IMG/VR virus record: IMGVR_UViG_3300037692_000077
Span: 1-38,130 of that record
Reading direction: 5' to 3' (one strand)
Length of the DNA stretch: 38,130 bases
Source of the DNA: a virus
Taxonomy: Duplodnaviria; Caudoviricetes
The notes below the pieces were generated by a model. That model worked only from the letters and a program-made list of their open reading frames with translations, was not told the origin of the DNA and ran no database searches. This document shows, one piece after another, positions 7,169 through 15,615 of the stretch. The position numbers were made by a program, and so were the translations under genes. The first letter of the stretch is position 1; each line of letters starts with the position of its first letter.

Positions 7169-7600
7169 TTAAAAGTGTATTAGTTCCTTTTCAAAATCTT
7201 CAAAAGACACGTGCCGCAAAAATACGCTAAAAATCACATCCTTAACAGCCGTGTATAGGTCCCTAAATTCAAATTCCTTCATACTGCTAAAACTGATTGA
7301 TTTAGGCACCTGTAGCCATTCTTTACGCTCTAGGCTGTAACAGGTTTCAAAGTGCCCGGCTGCAATTTCTACAGTTTTACGAAAGTTTTCACGGTTCGCA
7401 TAATGTAGCTGTTGCGCTTCGCTCAAATACTCCCATGCACAATTTATCAAAGCAAAGTATTTCCGATGCAAATCAATGTTTCGCGGCTGCACTATCTTTG
7501 CTTTGTAAATCGTGCCGTTCTTTAGCTTTTTTGCCTCTTCAAAATCAGTATCGTAAAGAGGTACAAGCCCGGTGGGTGTTTTTTGGAGGTGGATTTCCAT
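7169..7600 (-). CDS. DUF1367/NinB-like protein
   Basis: LVP......KKLK.G.......PRN..LHRKYFAL...KSISFSSM.E.EF..LY. Confidence 0.8.
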   Translation of the reverse strand: MEIHLQKTPTGLVPLYDTDFEEAKKLKNGTIYKAKIVQPRNIDLHRKYFALINCAWEYLSEAQQLHYANRENFRKTVEIAAGHFETCYSLERKEWLQVPKSISFSSMKEFEFRDLYTAVKDVIFSVFLRHVSFEDFEKELIHF

Positions 7601-7602
7601 AT

Positions 7603-8022
7603 TTAATACTTTTTGCCGTGCCTATATTCCCTGCCTGAATTGTACTTTAATTTGCATTCAATATGTTTTTCAATATCAATTTCAAACCCCCCGCATAAAT
7701 CCAGCAAACGGATAATAGAGTCCGCTATTTCATCTTCAAAAGTATCTTTTACAGTAGTTTCAAATCGATTTTTTAACCAATCGAAATTTTCGTTTTCTTT
7801 TTCAAAATCTAAAATTGAAAGTTGAGCATATCCCAAGTCTCGCTCAAAAACTTTTAACATGCCTCTTTTGTTTTTTCGGTCAGCTTCTAAAGCCTCTGAT
7901 AATTCTGAAACTATAAGCATTAATGATTGTCCTATGTTTTCTTTTGAAACATCGAACCCCCGACTTTTGTTTCCTTCGTAAATATTCTTGGATAGTTCGT
8001 TTAATTTATTCATGATTTTCAT
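7603..8022 (-). CDS. MazG-like NTP pyrophosphatase
   Basis: LMLIVSELSEALEADRK...EDEIADSIIRLLD...KLKYN..R.YRHGK. Confidence 0.85.
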   Translation of the reverse strand: MKIMNKLNELSKNIYEGNKSRGFDVSKENIGQSLMLIVSELSEALEADRKNKRGMLKVFERDLGYAQLSILDFEKENENFDWLKNRFETTVKDTFEDEIADSIIRLLDLCGGFEIDIEKHIECKLKYNSGREYRHGKKY

Positions 8023-8023
8023 T

Positions 8024-8668
8024 TTACATACTTTTAGATTCGTGCAACCTTACTACTTCGTATTTTTCACCCTTATTTTTAAAGATAAAGTCTTGTGCTT
8101 GCTGAACGCTCAAATGTGAATTAATAGAGCCAATTTGGTGCGCGTATTCGCCTCTGTTTCGTTTGTCGCGTATTATGTCGTGAACGGTTTCTTCGTCGTA
8201 ATTATGTTCGAGCGCCATTAGGTCATAGTTTTTAGCGGTAAGCCCTTCGAGCGTATAAGTATCCGTAGCTCTGAATATCTTGTAATAACTCCCATCCGGT
8301 TGTTTTACAAATATTCTCCACCCTACATTTTCAATATCGTGATGCAGTTTAAAACATGATATTTTGAACTGTCTATAATCATAAAACCTATTCAATTCCA
8401 GCACATCCACATTTCTAATACCGGCCATGGCTTCCCTCATATGTTCGCCTACTGCAAATCTAATAGATGGGCGTTCAAGCTGTATGCGCTTAATGCATGA
8501 TATATTGAAATGGTCTAAATGTAAATGGCTTAATATCACTATATTAAGGCTGTTTATATAAGGTTTTATTTTTGAAAATGGGATGCCCATATCAACTGCA
8601 ATATTATTGCAATATATTTCACAGTTGCCCGCGGACCCACTTGCTATTATTTTTACAGGAATTTCCAT
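8024..8668 (-). CDS. Metallo-beta-lactamase-fold hydrolase (likely exonuclease partner of Bet)
   Basis: ASGSAGNC, SHLHLDH, HD, ATDT, LEHNY, SHLS, LHES. Confidence 0.9.
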   Translation of the reverse strand: MEIPVKIIASGSAGNCEIYCNNIAVDMGIPFSKIKPYINSLNIVILSHLHLDHFNISCIKRIQLERPSIRFAVGEHMREAMAGIRNVDVLELNRFYDYRQFKISCFKLHHDIENVGWRIFVKQPDGSYYKIFRATDTYTLEGLTAKNYDLMALEHNYDEETVHDIIRDKRNRGEYAHQIGSINSHLSVQQAQDFIFKNKGEKYEVVRLHESKSM

Positions 8669-9384
8669 TTATATCCTCCAGAGGTTTTTATTTTCATATT
8701 ACAGGCGTCTGAAATGCCGCCACGATAAATCCCTGTCACCCGACTTGCATCGGTGCCGCTTGCAAAGACAGAAACAATACGTCCTGTTTTTATATCTATT
8801 TGCTCCACTGGTTTTTCGCCATTAGATTTGTTCCTATTAATAAATGGAAGCCTTTTTATATTATCAGAGGCATACCTCCATTGATACATTCCGGCTCTTT
8901 CATATTTTCCACTACAAGCAGCGCCTATATTTGTAGGACTTAATGCGTTCTCTTTAGCAGCGTCTGATATGCAGTCATATTTTTTTATAAAATCACCGTC
9001 TATACTGTATTTTACAACTGAGACACTGCATGGATTTTTTATGCCTGTGTTCTGTTTTATTAAACCTGTATCGAATCCGTGTTGTGAATTTTCTGACTGA
9101 GTCATCCACTCTAAATTACACGCGCGGTTATCGCTTTTAATCCCGTTTTTGTGATTTACTGTTGCCTTGTTCTTTGGGTTGTCAATAAATAATTTTGCGA
9201 CAAGTCTATGCACATAAAAACATTTTACAGCACCATCTTTACTTAGGGAAACAAAAAGATACCCGTGCCCGTTATCTCCGAATTTCCTTTTTTTGTTTTT
9301 ATTCAAAGACAAAACACTCCCTAAATTACTAACCTGATAAATACCCTCATATCCGGGTACATCTTTCCAAATTTCCTTTTCCAT
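8653..9384 (-). CDS. NUMOD4-HNH homing endonuclease with two NUMOD1-like C-terminal repeats
   Basis: EIWKDVPGYEGIYQVSNLG, VHRLVA..F, VNHKNGIKSDN...NLEW.T.SEN..H, two I..AC.......G.Y.W repeats. Confidence 0.93.
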   Translation of the reverse strand: MEKEIWKDVPGYEGIYQVSNLGSVLSLNKNKKRKFGDNGHGYLFVSLSKDGAVKCFYVHRLVAKLFIDNPKNKATVNHKNGIKSDNRACNLEWMTQSENSQHGFDTGLIKQNTGIKNPCSVSVVKYSIDGDFIKKYDCISDAAKENALSPTNIGAACSGKYERAGMYQWRYASDNIKRLPFINRNKSNGEKPVEQIDIKTGRIVSVFASGTDASRVTGIYRGGISDACNMKIKTSGGYKWKFL

Positions 9385-9480
9385 TTTGAACCAGTTTTTA
9401 ATAATCCAGTAAAGAAGAAATGGAAAAGGGTTACTGGTTCCCTCTTATCAAACGGAGATCAGCCCGTTCTATCCATTTCT
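9375..9480 (-). promoter_or_regulatory. Structured switch-like 5' leader of the HNH gene
   Basis: Three-way junction 9416..9480; alternative 12-bp pairing of 9418..9429 with 9375..9386 covers the ATG. Confidence 0.65.
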
Positions 9481-9511
9481 AAAAGTATAAAACTATCTGA
9501 TAAAAAGCAAG

Positions 9512-10183
9512 TTAAATCTGAACTTTTTCAGGTTGCTCGATGGTTTCTTCCGGTTCTGGCTGTGGCTTTACTTCCTCCTTATTGGCCCGCACTTCCTCAA
9601 CGTTAATAATACGGGTTTCTTCTTCGGTGTACATTGCTCCTAACGAAGCAGGGAACGCCTCCCGTAATGCTTGAACCTTTGCCACTTTAGCGATCATTGT
9701 AGATGCCATTTCCTTCCAACTTGATTGTTTTTTGTCGTACTCTTCAAGTCGAACTTTAGAAACAGCCGGAAACTTTCTGTCGCTCCGGTAAATTTTAGCC
9801 CATCCACCTACTAACTTGTCAGTATTTAGGTAAAAACTGCCTTCCAGTTCTAAAAATTCATCACCTCTTTGCACAATAACGCCAGCCTGGTAGCCTTCAT
9901 ATTCTTTGTGCGATTCGGCCCGCTTCATTAGCGCTTCTTTGCTCACAATCATTTGAGCCGGGGCGGTGCCAAATTTTACTAAATAAGCCTCATTTAGGAA
10001 TGGATTTAATTGGTTGTACTTACAGATGCTAATGAATTGCACGAGGTCTTGGTCAGTTACAGCCCCATTTCCTTTTGTGAGATAATTTTTGACAATATCG
10101 TAGGATAATCTTACGTCTTGTCCTCCGGCCTGATAGGTTACTGTACCTTTAGCTTGTATTGTTGGTGTTGCGTTGTTAGTCAT
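9512..10183 (-). CDS. bet: Phage recombination protein Bet (RecT/Redbeta family)
   Basis: FISICKYNQLNPFLNEAYLVKF, GGWAKIYRSDR, W.....TMIAKVA.VQALREAFP..LG.MY.EEE. Confidence 0.93.
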   Translation of the reverse strand: MTNNATPTIQAKGTVTYQAGGQDVRLSYDIVKNYLTKGNGAVTDQDLVQFISICKYNQLNPFLNEAYLVKFGTAPAQMIVSKEALMKRAESHKEYEGYQAGVIVQRGDEFLELEGSFYLNTDKLVGGWAKIYRSDRKFPAVSKVRLEEYDKKQSSWKEMASTMIAKVAKVQALREAFPASLGAMYTEEETRIINVEEVRANKEEVKPQPEPEETIEQPEKVQI

Positions 10184-10210
10184 AATCGTAGTTATTTAGA
10201 ATGATTAAAA

Positions 10211-11245
10211 TTAAATGTTTTTGTAGGTGATGCCATTCGCGCGCATATATTCGCCTAGTCCTTTCAGTTGCTCCATAGTACCGGAAACCTCAAAGCGGGC
10301 AATCACTTTTTTTGCCGGGGCCTCTTCTGTTTTTGGGGCCTGTAAAGGTTCTGCTTTCGGCGCTTCTGCTACATAAGCAACCCCAAAATTTTCTACCTGT
10401 TTTTCTTCGGCCGGTCTGGCATTCGCTTTTTGCAACTCGCTTATTTCGGCCTCAAATTTCAGATACCTTTCCTTAAACTCGTCGCGTGTCAAATCTTCGA
10501 TTTCGGCATTCGTGAAATAAATTTGATCGTTGTAATTAAAAGAGTTGGTAAATGATACTTCCTGAAAGCCTAACTGCTTAATTGCGCTCTTTCGGTCAAT
10601 AATCGTTTTCTGTTTGATACGCTCCTTCTCTTCGGCCTCGGCCTGCTTCCTAGCTCTTACTGTTGTAATACTTTGTGAAGCGTTCAAAGTCTTTTTGTAC
10701 TCGACAAAGATTTCAGCTGAGAACTCTTCTGAATCAATCAAAGAAACATCATCTTTTACCTTGTCAATAAACTCGTTCACCTTTTCTTTGTACGCCTTTT
10801 CAGAGGTTGAAAGGTTAATATCAATGCCTAGCTGGTCAAATTTGAGATAGTCGATTTTTTCAGACTGGCATAGCTCAACAAAATATGCCTCAATGGTCGC
10901 TTTCTTTTCGTCCTTCACTCGCATTTCAAAATTATTGATATTCGTCTTTAGGATATCATCGGCCCACTCAAAAATACTGGTGATATTCTCTTTCATTTCA
11001 TCATCAAATTGCTTAATGACATTTACAATAGGGTCTTTTACCTCTTTTGCCTCACTGACCCACCCCGCTTTCTGCTTATTTAAGCTTGCGCGGGTCTTCT
11101 TAAGCGATTGGATGGTTTGGTCGGTAGCTACAAGCTTGTCTAAATTTAAAGCCTCAATTTCGGCCTTTACTTGCTGACCGATAACCTTGAGTTGGTGACT
11201 AATTACGGGTGCTTGCTTAAGCACGATTGCGTTTTGATTTTCCAT
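10211..11245 (-). CDS. DUF1351-family coiled-coil protein
   Basis: KKTRASLNK, long coiled coil, C-terminal FEVSGT.EQLK.L.EYM..NGI.Y; typical position upstream of bet. Confidence 0.8.
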   Translation of the reverse strand: MENQNAIVLKQAPVISHQLKVIGQQVKAEIEALNLDKLVATDQTIQSLKKTRASLNKQKAGWVSEAKEVKDPIVNVIKQFDDEMKENITSIFEWADDILKTNINNFEMRVKDEKKATIEAYFVELCQSEKIDYLKFDQLGIDINLSTSEKAYKEKVNEFIDKVKDDVSLIDSEEFSAEIFVEYKKTLNASQSITTVRARKQAEAEEKERIKQKTIIDRKSAIKQLGFQEVSFTNSFNYNDQIYFTNAEIEDLTRDEFKERYLKFEAEISELQKANARPAEEKQVENFGVAYVAEAPKAEPLQAPKTEEAPAKKVIARFEVSGTMEQLKGLGEYMRANGITYKNI

Positions 11246-11267
11246 GTTTTAAATAGTTGTTGGTTAA

Positions 11268-11543
11268 TTAAAGTGATTCAAATTCTTTTTCAAGCCTTTC
11301 AATTTCTGCCTTTACATTGATTATGTAAATGTGCATAAAGGATTCGGGGGTCACAGGGAGAAAGTCGTTACGCAAAGTGCGATGTTCTAATTTTCCAGGG
11401 GCTATTATCACGGTTGCATTGTTATAGATAACGACGTCTCGGTTTGCGCTTGCGCCGAAATGCGCAATCTTTAAGAGATGGGTTTTTAACCCTTCGATCG
11501 CCTTAATAATGGCATTCGCTTTTTCTAATTTTTCTTTTTCCAT
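11268..11543 (-). CDS. Hypothetical protein
   Basis: 91-aa ORF ending LEKEFESL; first gene after a promoter. Confidence 0.8.
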   Translation of the reverse strand: MEKEKLEKANAIIKAIEGLKTHLLKIAHFGASANRDVVIYNNATVIIAPGKLEHRTLRNDFLPVTPESFMHIYIINVKAEIERLEKEFESL

Positions 11544-11572
11544 AATGCTAATTTTAGTTGTTGTCAGTATTA

Positions 11573-11603
11573 CAAAGATAGTGTTTTATTTCAATTCTGC
11601 AAA
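11573..11603 (-). promoter_or_regulatory. Promoter with shared motif
   Basis: TTTG-N19-TATCTTTG containing TTTGCAGAATTGAAATA. Confidence 0.85.
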
Positions 11604-11618
11604 TGTTTGCAGGTCATT

Positions 11619-11855
11619 TTAGTAATTTCTTTCGCCGCAATCCATACACTCGTCAAGACCGTCGCTGCTTTTTATGTGGTTGTGATTGCATGTGTTCACC
11701 TCCTTCCAATTATAAGAAGTTTGATTCGTGGCGTCTAAAATACACACTAAGTCATCGATTACCATATCTTCAAATCCACTAGATTCTTGATTTGTCTCTA
11801 TAAAACACGGGCGATCAACGCCGCATCCAGTACATTTAAATTTTCTTTTTGCCAT
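11619..11855 (-). CDS. Small Cys-rich putative zinc-binding protein (start MAKRKFK)
   Basis: CTGC....PC...C and C.H...C..CG motifs. Confidence 0.7.
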   Translation of the reverse strand: MAKRKFKCTGCGVDRPCFIETNQESSGFEDMVIDDLVCILDATNQTSYNWKEVNTCNHNHIKSSDGLDECMDCGERNY

Positions 11856-12093
11856 ATTCCCTCCGCGTAAAGTTTTTAATTTTCCTTCTATTCCGCTTGT
11901 CCTTGCTTTCTTGAACGATTGCGATAACAATCAAAACGACTGCCATAATCGCAGCACCTGGACCAATCCATGACGGCGCTAAATATTCAACCTCCTGATA
12001 GCCTTGAGCATTTGCGGCGCATTGAAATAGCATTAACAGGGCGGCCAAAATCATTAAGCGGAAAGCCCATATTGTTAGGTTGATTCGTTTCAT
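11836..12093 (-). CDS. Small membrane protein
   Basis: Signal-like N-terminus, second hydrophobic helix, basic tail. Confidence 0.7.
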   Translation of the reverse strand: MKRINLTIWAFRLMILAALLMLFQCAANAQGYQEVEYLAPSWIGPGAAIMAVVLIVIAIVQESKDKRNRRKIKNFTRREYGKKKI

Positions 12094-12446
12094 TATAACA
12101 CCTCCCTTTCTAAAAATTCGTTAATACACTGCTCCAGATCAACCTCTTTGCCGTCGACAAAAAAGGCGATATTATCGCACTCTTCGTCATGGAAATAGCC
12201 TAAAATTGTGCGGGCTTTGAATGTTATTCCTATAACAGCATGTCGGGTATCTGGTTCATCAATGTTTTGCAATTCCTTGACGTCCGTTATATAACCTTTT
12301 ATTAGCACGGCTACACTTTGCAGTTCAATATCTTCAATAATACGTTTTTGCCCGTCGTCATATCGCTTCAATACGGCAGCGCACACCTTGTCAATCAATT
12401 CCTGTGCATCATGCACCTGGAGGTTTATTTTTGCGGTTGTTTTCAT
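12093..12446 (-). CDS. Hypothetical protein
   Basis: 117-aa ORF whose stop overlaps the next start. Confidence 0.75.
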   Translation of the reverse strand: MKTTAKINLQVHDAQELIDKVCAAVLKRYDDGQKRIIEDIELQSVAVLIKGYITDVKELQNIDEPDTRHAVIGITFKARTILGYFHDEECDNIAFFVDGKEVDLEQCINEFLEREVL

Positions 12447-12448
12447 AA

Positions 12449-12700
12449 TTAATCGGCTTTTTTGGTGAATTGAAATGCTAATTTATTCGCAATATGATTG
12501 AATTCTAAAATATTAACCTTATCCGCAGTAAGCCCGCGATACATTTGGCAGGGCATCATATTTGCAAGGGCATGCATGAAAGCGGTTGTATTATCGCTAT
12601 CCTCAAACTCTTCCGGGTCAATATAATTTTCGCTTTCTTCGTCAAAAACGCTTTTTACGGCTTGAATTAATTTTACCGCATACTCATCTTCTTTTTTCAT
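12449..12700 (-). CDS. Hypothetical acidic protein
   Basis: 83-aa ORF, operon packing. Confidence 0.75.
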   Translation of the reverse strand: MKKEDEYAVKLIQAVKSVFDEESENYIDPEEFEDSDNTTAFMHALANMMPCQMYRGLTADKVNILEFNHIANKLAFQFTKKAD

Positions 12701-12712
12701 AATCTAATCAGT

Positions 12713-12922
12713 TTATTTAATTTCTAATTTAAGCGCCTCGAAAACGCTGATAATATTGTTGTAAGTCAGGGTTCTATGCCCCAGCAAAAACAGATACAAG
12801 CTATTGAAAGTGCACGCTTTCGGATGCTCTTCCGTGAACTGCTTCACTGTTTTGCGACTTACGCCGCCGTATTTCTCTGTTAATTTGCGCTCGATTGCGC
12901 TTTTAATTTGGTCTGTTTTCAT
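12713..12922 (-). CDS. Possible XRE-like HTH protein
   Basis: SLYLFLLGHRTLTYNNIISVFEALKLEI resembles the C-terminal helices of XRE domains. Confidence 0.55.
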   Translation of the reverse strand: MKTDQIKSAIERKLTEKYGGVSRKTVKQFTEEHPKACTFNSLYLFLLGHRTLTYNNIISVFEALKLEIK

Positions 12923-12932
12923 TCGGTTTTAT

Positions 12933-13118
12933 TTAAATGGTTACAATATAAACACCCCGTCTAATCGGGTCTAATTTCCAATTCAAATCGTTTTTTACAA
13001 GTTGGCAAAAGTCCTGCTCAGGCCAGCGATTCAGCACTTTTATCATCCGGTTCAGTATCGGGGTGCCGGCGTAGTCTGAAAAAAGAATGTTAATGATTTG
13101 GTTTTTGGTGGTTATCAT
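12933..13118 (-). CDS. Hypothetical protein
   Basis: First ORF after promoter 13142..13173. Confidence 0.7.
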   Translation of the reverse strand: MITTKNQIINILFSDYAGTPILNRMIKVLNRWPEQDFCQLVKNDLNWKLDPIRRGVYIVTI

Positions 13119-13141
13119 GTCGTTTTTCGTTTGTTGTACTG

Positions 13142-13173
13142 CAAATATCGCATTATTGTTTCAATTCTGCAAA
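13142..13173 (-). promoter_or_regulatory. Promoter with shared motif
   Basis: TTTG-N20-GATATTTG containing TTTGCAGAATTGAAACA. Confidence 0.75.
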
Positions 13174-13225
13174 CATTCAAAGCATTATTTTTGCAGTTTA
13201 GAAAAGATTTAACATTTGAGGAGTG

Positions 13226-13651
13226 TTATTTTCTTCGGTAAGCCCTTGCAATCAACCGCCCGCTTTTGTGCGCTTCGGCCTCTACCATTCTTGCAGCCTC
13301 AGACACGTAAGAGCTGCCCCAATCATTAAGGCGGGTAGTTGGCATAGATATGTCCCAAACGCCGCTTAAATCCTGTTTTACGTGCGTTAATTCGTGCGCC
13401 AGTATTTCGTGGTAGTTTTCCGCGTTGTTCGGATTGATATAAATAATGTAGGACCCGAAGCCGGTTTTCATCACATGGGCTTGCACAGGCTTGTTTGTTT
13501 TTGATAGGTAGATATCTACCCCTTCAATTCCTAACTGCTCGCAAGCGAACTGAACAAATGGGGTGTACCTAAAATTCACATCGTTATAAATGACCAGTGC
13601 ATTTGCATTGACTGTGAAAAGGATTGCGATAATGGTTAATAGCTTTTTCAT
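13226..13651 (-). CDS. Exported HExxH zinc metallopeptidase
   Basis: Signal peptide MKKLLTIIAILFTVNANA; LAHELTHVKQ and downstream EAEA. Confidence 0.8.
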   Translation of the reverse strand: MKKLLTIIAILFTVNANALVIYNDVNFRYTPFVQFACEQLGIEGVDIYLSKTNKPVQAHVMKTGFGSYIIYINPNNAENYHEILAHELTHVKQDLSGVWDISMPTTRLNDWGSSYVSEAARMVEAEAHKSGRLIARAYRRK

Positions 13652-13677
13652 GGTAGTTTCGTTTATTTGTTATACCA

Positions 13678-13709
13678 CAAAGTAAAGCATAATGTTTCAA
13701 TTCTGCAAA
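13678..13709 (-). promoter_or_regulatory. Promoter with shared motif
   Basis: TTTG-N20-TTACTTTG containing TTTGCAGAATTGAAACA. Confidence 0.75.
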
Positions 13710-13752
13710 TAAAAGATTGCTGAATTGTGATTTTTAACATTTTAGGGGGGTG

Positions 13753-14229
13753 CTATACGACAATTTTCCCCGCGTCAATAAAGAATTGCAATTTCTCTTC
13801 ATGGCTCAACCCCAAAGCATCGGCCATTTTACTGATCAGCGCGTTGTCTTGCTCCCATTCCTTTGTAGCCTCAAATACAATCTGTTCTATTTTGGTCATT
13901 TGTGCGACCATGGCAATAACAGTATCGTATAAGCCCATTGCTTCGAGCTGGATTAATCCCTGCGCTTTAGTCACCATTTCAGGCGCCATTTCTTCAAGTG
14001 TTTTTTCACGGATGGAATAGACTTGTCTGTATTCCATCGCCTCCAAATCAGCTACCCAATCAGCGGTTAAGACTTCGTTATCTGTCACAGGTGGGCGCTC
14101 TGTTTCGATTACATTCAGCTCTACGATGTGAGCGGGTAATGTGCCGGGCTTTCCGTCTACCATGTACTGAGATTGTCGGATGGGGCCGGGGGTGGAGGTT
14201 GTGAGGTTGTATAAAACAGTTCTTGTCAT
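13753..14229 (-). CDS. Probable tail-fibre-associated/assembly protein
   Basis: VT..Q..IQL...GLYD.V...FE.AT.W...N.LI..MA..LGL......FF..A C-terminus; follows the LamG-like gene. Confidence 0.55.
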   Translation of the reverse strand: MTRTVLYNLTTSTPGPIRQSQYMVDGKPGTLPAHIVELNVIETERPPVTDNEVLTADWVADLEAMEYRQVYSIREKTLEEMAPEMVTKAQGLIQLEAMGLYDTVIAMVAQMTKIEQIVFEATKEWEQDNALISKMADALGLSHEEKLQFFIDAGKIVV

Positions 14230-14921
14230 TTTGTAGATTTTAGTATTTCGAAATAATCATCCTTATCTTTCTCCAGTACAAATCCGTCTATCATACGGAA
14301 TCTTCCAGAAGTCAAATGATGTAAATGAACAATATTTACTTTGTTTTTTATCTCTTTATTTGTCCCGCTAATAATTCCGGTTACTGGGCTATATATAGAA
14401 TGGGTTGTACTAGATCTCTTTATAAACTTATAATAATTATCTTTGTTTTCTATAAGAACCCACCCGTGAGCACTTTTGGCTCTTTTAGTTACCAACTGAG
14501 ATAGTGTAGAATATTTAAAATCATAATGCTCTCTGAAATATAAACTATTCTCCTCTACCACCCCATGGACTGGGTGATATAACTTGTGTTTTTTGTGAGC
14601 TATAACCGACTGTCCGCCTCCCCAATTACAATTATACCCATTTTCAAAACTATCATATTTTCTTATCCAATAATTTTCTCTTTCGTTTAACATAGAAGCA
14701 TCGCACTCTTCAATCGTCTTCCACTCCCATTCGTCCTTATTATAAAAATTTAAAGCATGCTTGAAATGAGTATTAGTACTTCTATCATATCGGCTTACAG
14801 AATAGTGCGCGGAAGATCTCTGCCGTAAAGATTGGACGGTTTGCCCAATATAATATTTGCCAGACACCTTATTGTAAGCATAATATATAATCCCCCTTCT
14901 TTCGCGTTTTCCTGTTTTCAT
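14226..14921 (-). CDS. Free-standing GIY-YIG homing endonuclease
   Basis: GIIY.AYN.VSGK.YIGQT...R, LNERE.YWI..Y.S..NGYN; AT-rich. Confidence 0.9.
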   Translation of the reverse strand: MKTGKRERRGIIYYAYNKVSGKYYIGQTVQSLRQRSSAHYSVSRYDRSTNTHFKHALNFYNKDEWEWKTIEECDASMLNERENYWIRKYDSFENGYNCNWGGGQSVIAHKKHKLYHPVHGVVEENSLYFREHYDFKYSTLSQLVTKRAKSAHGWVLIENKDNYYKFIKRSSTTHSIYSPVTGIISGTNKEIKNKVNIVHLHHLTSGRFRMIDGFVLEKDKDDYFEILKSTK

Positions 14922-14922
14922 T

Positions 14923-15615
14923 TTATAAAGCGTATTTGGTCATAAGATATGATTCGATTTGCTGGCGTTCGGAGTCTGTGAATAGATTGTTATATATTAT
15001 TATTTCGGCCAAATCACCTTCTAAGGCATAGGCAGGTTGTTCGTTTGCCAATGTTCCTATAGTTAAACCACCATTTGCCAAAGCCCCTATATTTCCAGTA
15101 TTTTTTAATACTCCATTTTCAAATATAGAAGAACTCCCCCCATTATAAACAATTGTTGATAATATTGAAAACGGTGCTGGAACATCGTAAGCGACCCCAC
15201 CCCCTGCGAACGCGTTCATTTGAAGCCCTGAGTGTCTTAATCCATTCCTTACTGATGTAGTGATTAATCCGTCGCATATCGTTCCGAAATCCGAAAATGT
15301 TTTCTTCCATACAACAAATAACGTATTAGGCTGCGAATACGGGCCAAATGGCGCCGTCCTATAATAATTATTCTGGGAGCGGGTAAAACGGATCACAGGC
15401 TTGCCGTTCCAACTATTTTGAATTAATGCCGCTTTATTCGCTCCTGAATTAGCATTATATCCATTCCCTGAAATGTCGACTAATTGAGATATAGCACCGC
15501 CCGATTCAATCACATTGTCGGCATTGTACCAAGCAATCATATTATCTATAGGAATTGACGGTTTTGCCAAATTCCGCGCCTGTTGCAAAATACCTGCTGT
15601 TAGTAAATGGCTCAT
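14923..15615 (-). CDS. LamG/concanavalin-A-like jelly-roll protein (probable receptor-binding)
   Basis: AWYNAD, DISGNG, NGKPVIRF, G.LAEIIIYN..FTDSERQQIESYLM.KY. Confidence 0.8.
   Translation of the reverse strand: MSHLLTAGILQQARNLAKPSIPIDNMIAWYNADNVIESGGAISQLVDISGNGYNANSGANKAALIQNSWNGKPVIRFTRSQNNYYRTAPFGPYSQPNTLFVVWKKTFSDFGTICDGLITTSVRNGLRHSGLQMNAFAGGGVAYDVPAPFSILSTIVYNGGSSSIFENGVLKNTGNIGALANGGLTIGTLANEQPAYALEGDLAEIIIYNNLFTDSERQQIESYLMTKYAL

Noticed and set aside
5908-13709. CRISPR or other regularly spaced array from the recurring 15-17 nt motif
   Set aside because: Copies are 0.5-5.7 kb apart and sit inside promoters
14226-14921. Group I intron around the GIY-YIG gene
   Set aside because: Flanking genes are complete and abut the ORF, leaving no room for an intron core
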